The position numbers and the translations under genes are program-made. Shown in pieces: positions 8,555 to 9,245 of a stretch of 9,245 nt of DNA (position 1 is the first letter of the stretch; the number at the start of each line of letters is the position of its first letter). The notes under the pieces were generated by a model. It was not told the origin of the DNA. It searched no databases and worked only from the letters and a program-made list of their open reading frames with translations. Source of the stretch: Geosiphon pyriformis uo1 (Eukaryota; Fungi; Glomeromycota); NCBI GenBank assembly GCA_016748015.1, contig JAAOMT010000385.1:5608-14852 (forward strand), given 5' to 3'.

Positions 8555-8897
8555 NNNNNNNNNNNNNNNNNNNNNNNNNNNNNNNNNNNNNNNNNNNNNN
8601 NNNNNNNNNNNNNNNNNNNNNNNNNNNNNNNNNNNNNNNNNNNNNNNNNNNNNNNNNNNNNNNNNNNNNNNNNNNNNNNNNNNNNNNNNNNNNNNNNNNN
8701 NNNNNNNNNNNNNNNNNNNNNNNNNNNNNNNNNNNNNNNNNNNNNNNNNNNNNNNNNNNNNNNNNNNNNNNNNNNNNNNNNNNNNNNNNNNNNNNNNNNN
8801 NNNNNNNNNNNNNNNNNNNNNNNNNNNNNNNNNNNNNNNNNNNNNNNNNNNNNNNNNNNNNNNNNNNNNNNNNNNNNNNNNNNNNNNNNNNNNNNNN
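8555..8897. other. Assembly gap
   Basis: N run. Confidence 1.
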
Positions 8898-9245
8898 GAT
8901 TGGGATGGATCTAGTCCTATTTCAGTTGATTCAATGTCTTACTTTCTAATTCAAGTCAAGAATTGGAGTAAGGTTTACGATGCTCATTGGCCTTCATCAG
9001 CCACAAGTAAACTCTCGAGGGAGTTTGTCTATAAAGGTAAAACTACAGAGGAAAACCAAAATCCCTACCTGTCTCTATATCTTCAGCTGGGTGCTCCAGA
9101 GCCAGCTTTGGAATCATTTTATATCGAGAGCTTTCCAGCCTTTAACACAAAGTTACAAAAGAAGACACGACTTGAAGCAGAGAAAGCAGGGAAAGCAAAG
9201 GCACAATATTGTCTATCTGGATTAGGGTTGGATAAGATTTTGTAT
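8898..9245 (+). CDS. Partial CDS open at both ends, putative PD-(D/E)XK-like (Crinkler-type REase) domain
   Basis: 116 stop-free codons: DWDGSSPISVDSMSYFLIQVKNWSKVYDAHWPSSATSKLSREFVYKGKTTEENQNPYLSLYLQLGAPEPALESFYIESFPAFNTKLQKKTRLEAEKAGKAKAQYCLSGLGLDKILY. Absent from the ORF track. The open frame is seen directly; the family call rests on motif resemblance only. Confidence 0.62.

Noticed and set aside
8380-8949. 189-aa plus-strand ORF as a standalone gene
   Set aside because: Mostly N; only 8471-8554 is kept as a possible exon.
8980-9225. 81-aa ORF in the track
   Set aside because: Overlaps a longer, more protein-like open frame (8898-9245) on the same strand.

Overview
Eukaryotic, probably fungal, scaffold with two N gaps (7219-7941, 8555-8897). 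Bases ~43-6960 are one apparently full-length but dead non-LTR retrotransposon (LINE) on the minus strand. It has a structured 5' end, ORF1 (RRM-like repeats, one CCHC knuckle, C-terminal coiled coils; 4870-6825, possibly starting at 6921), ORF2 (APE endonuclease, RT, RNase H, CCHC finger; 185-4873) whose ATG overlaps the ORF1 stop as ATGA, a ~120 nt 3' UTR and an A19 tail. The many minus-strand ORFs in the track are pieces of just these two frames. I find 14-15 premature stops and no frameshift, and every stop is one C>T or G>A transition from a sense codon, which suggests cytosine-targeted decay. To the right lie a nearly pure-AT tract, a plus-strand coiled-coil exon built from 21- and 33-bp repeats, and a 116-codon open frame missed by the ORF track (8898-9245) with an IQVKN motif resembling Crinkler-type PD-(D/E)XK nuclease domains. 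The element resembles LINEs I recall from Glomeromycota (e.g. Geosiphon), but that assignment is unverified inference. I do not see a clearly new system; the best leads are the mutation pattern, the ATGA coupling, the 5' hairpin/leader and the hidden nuclease-like frame.
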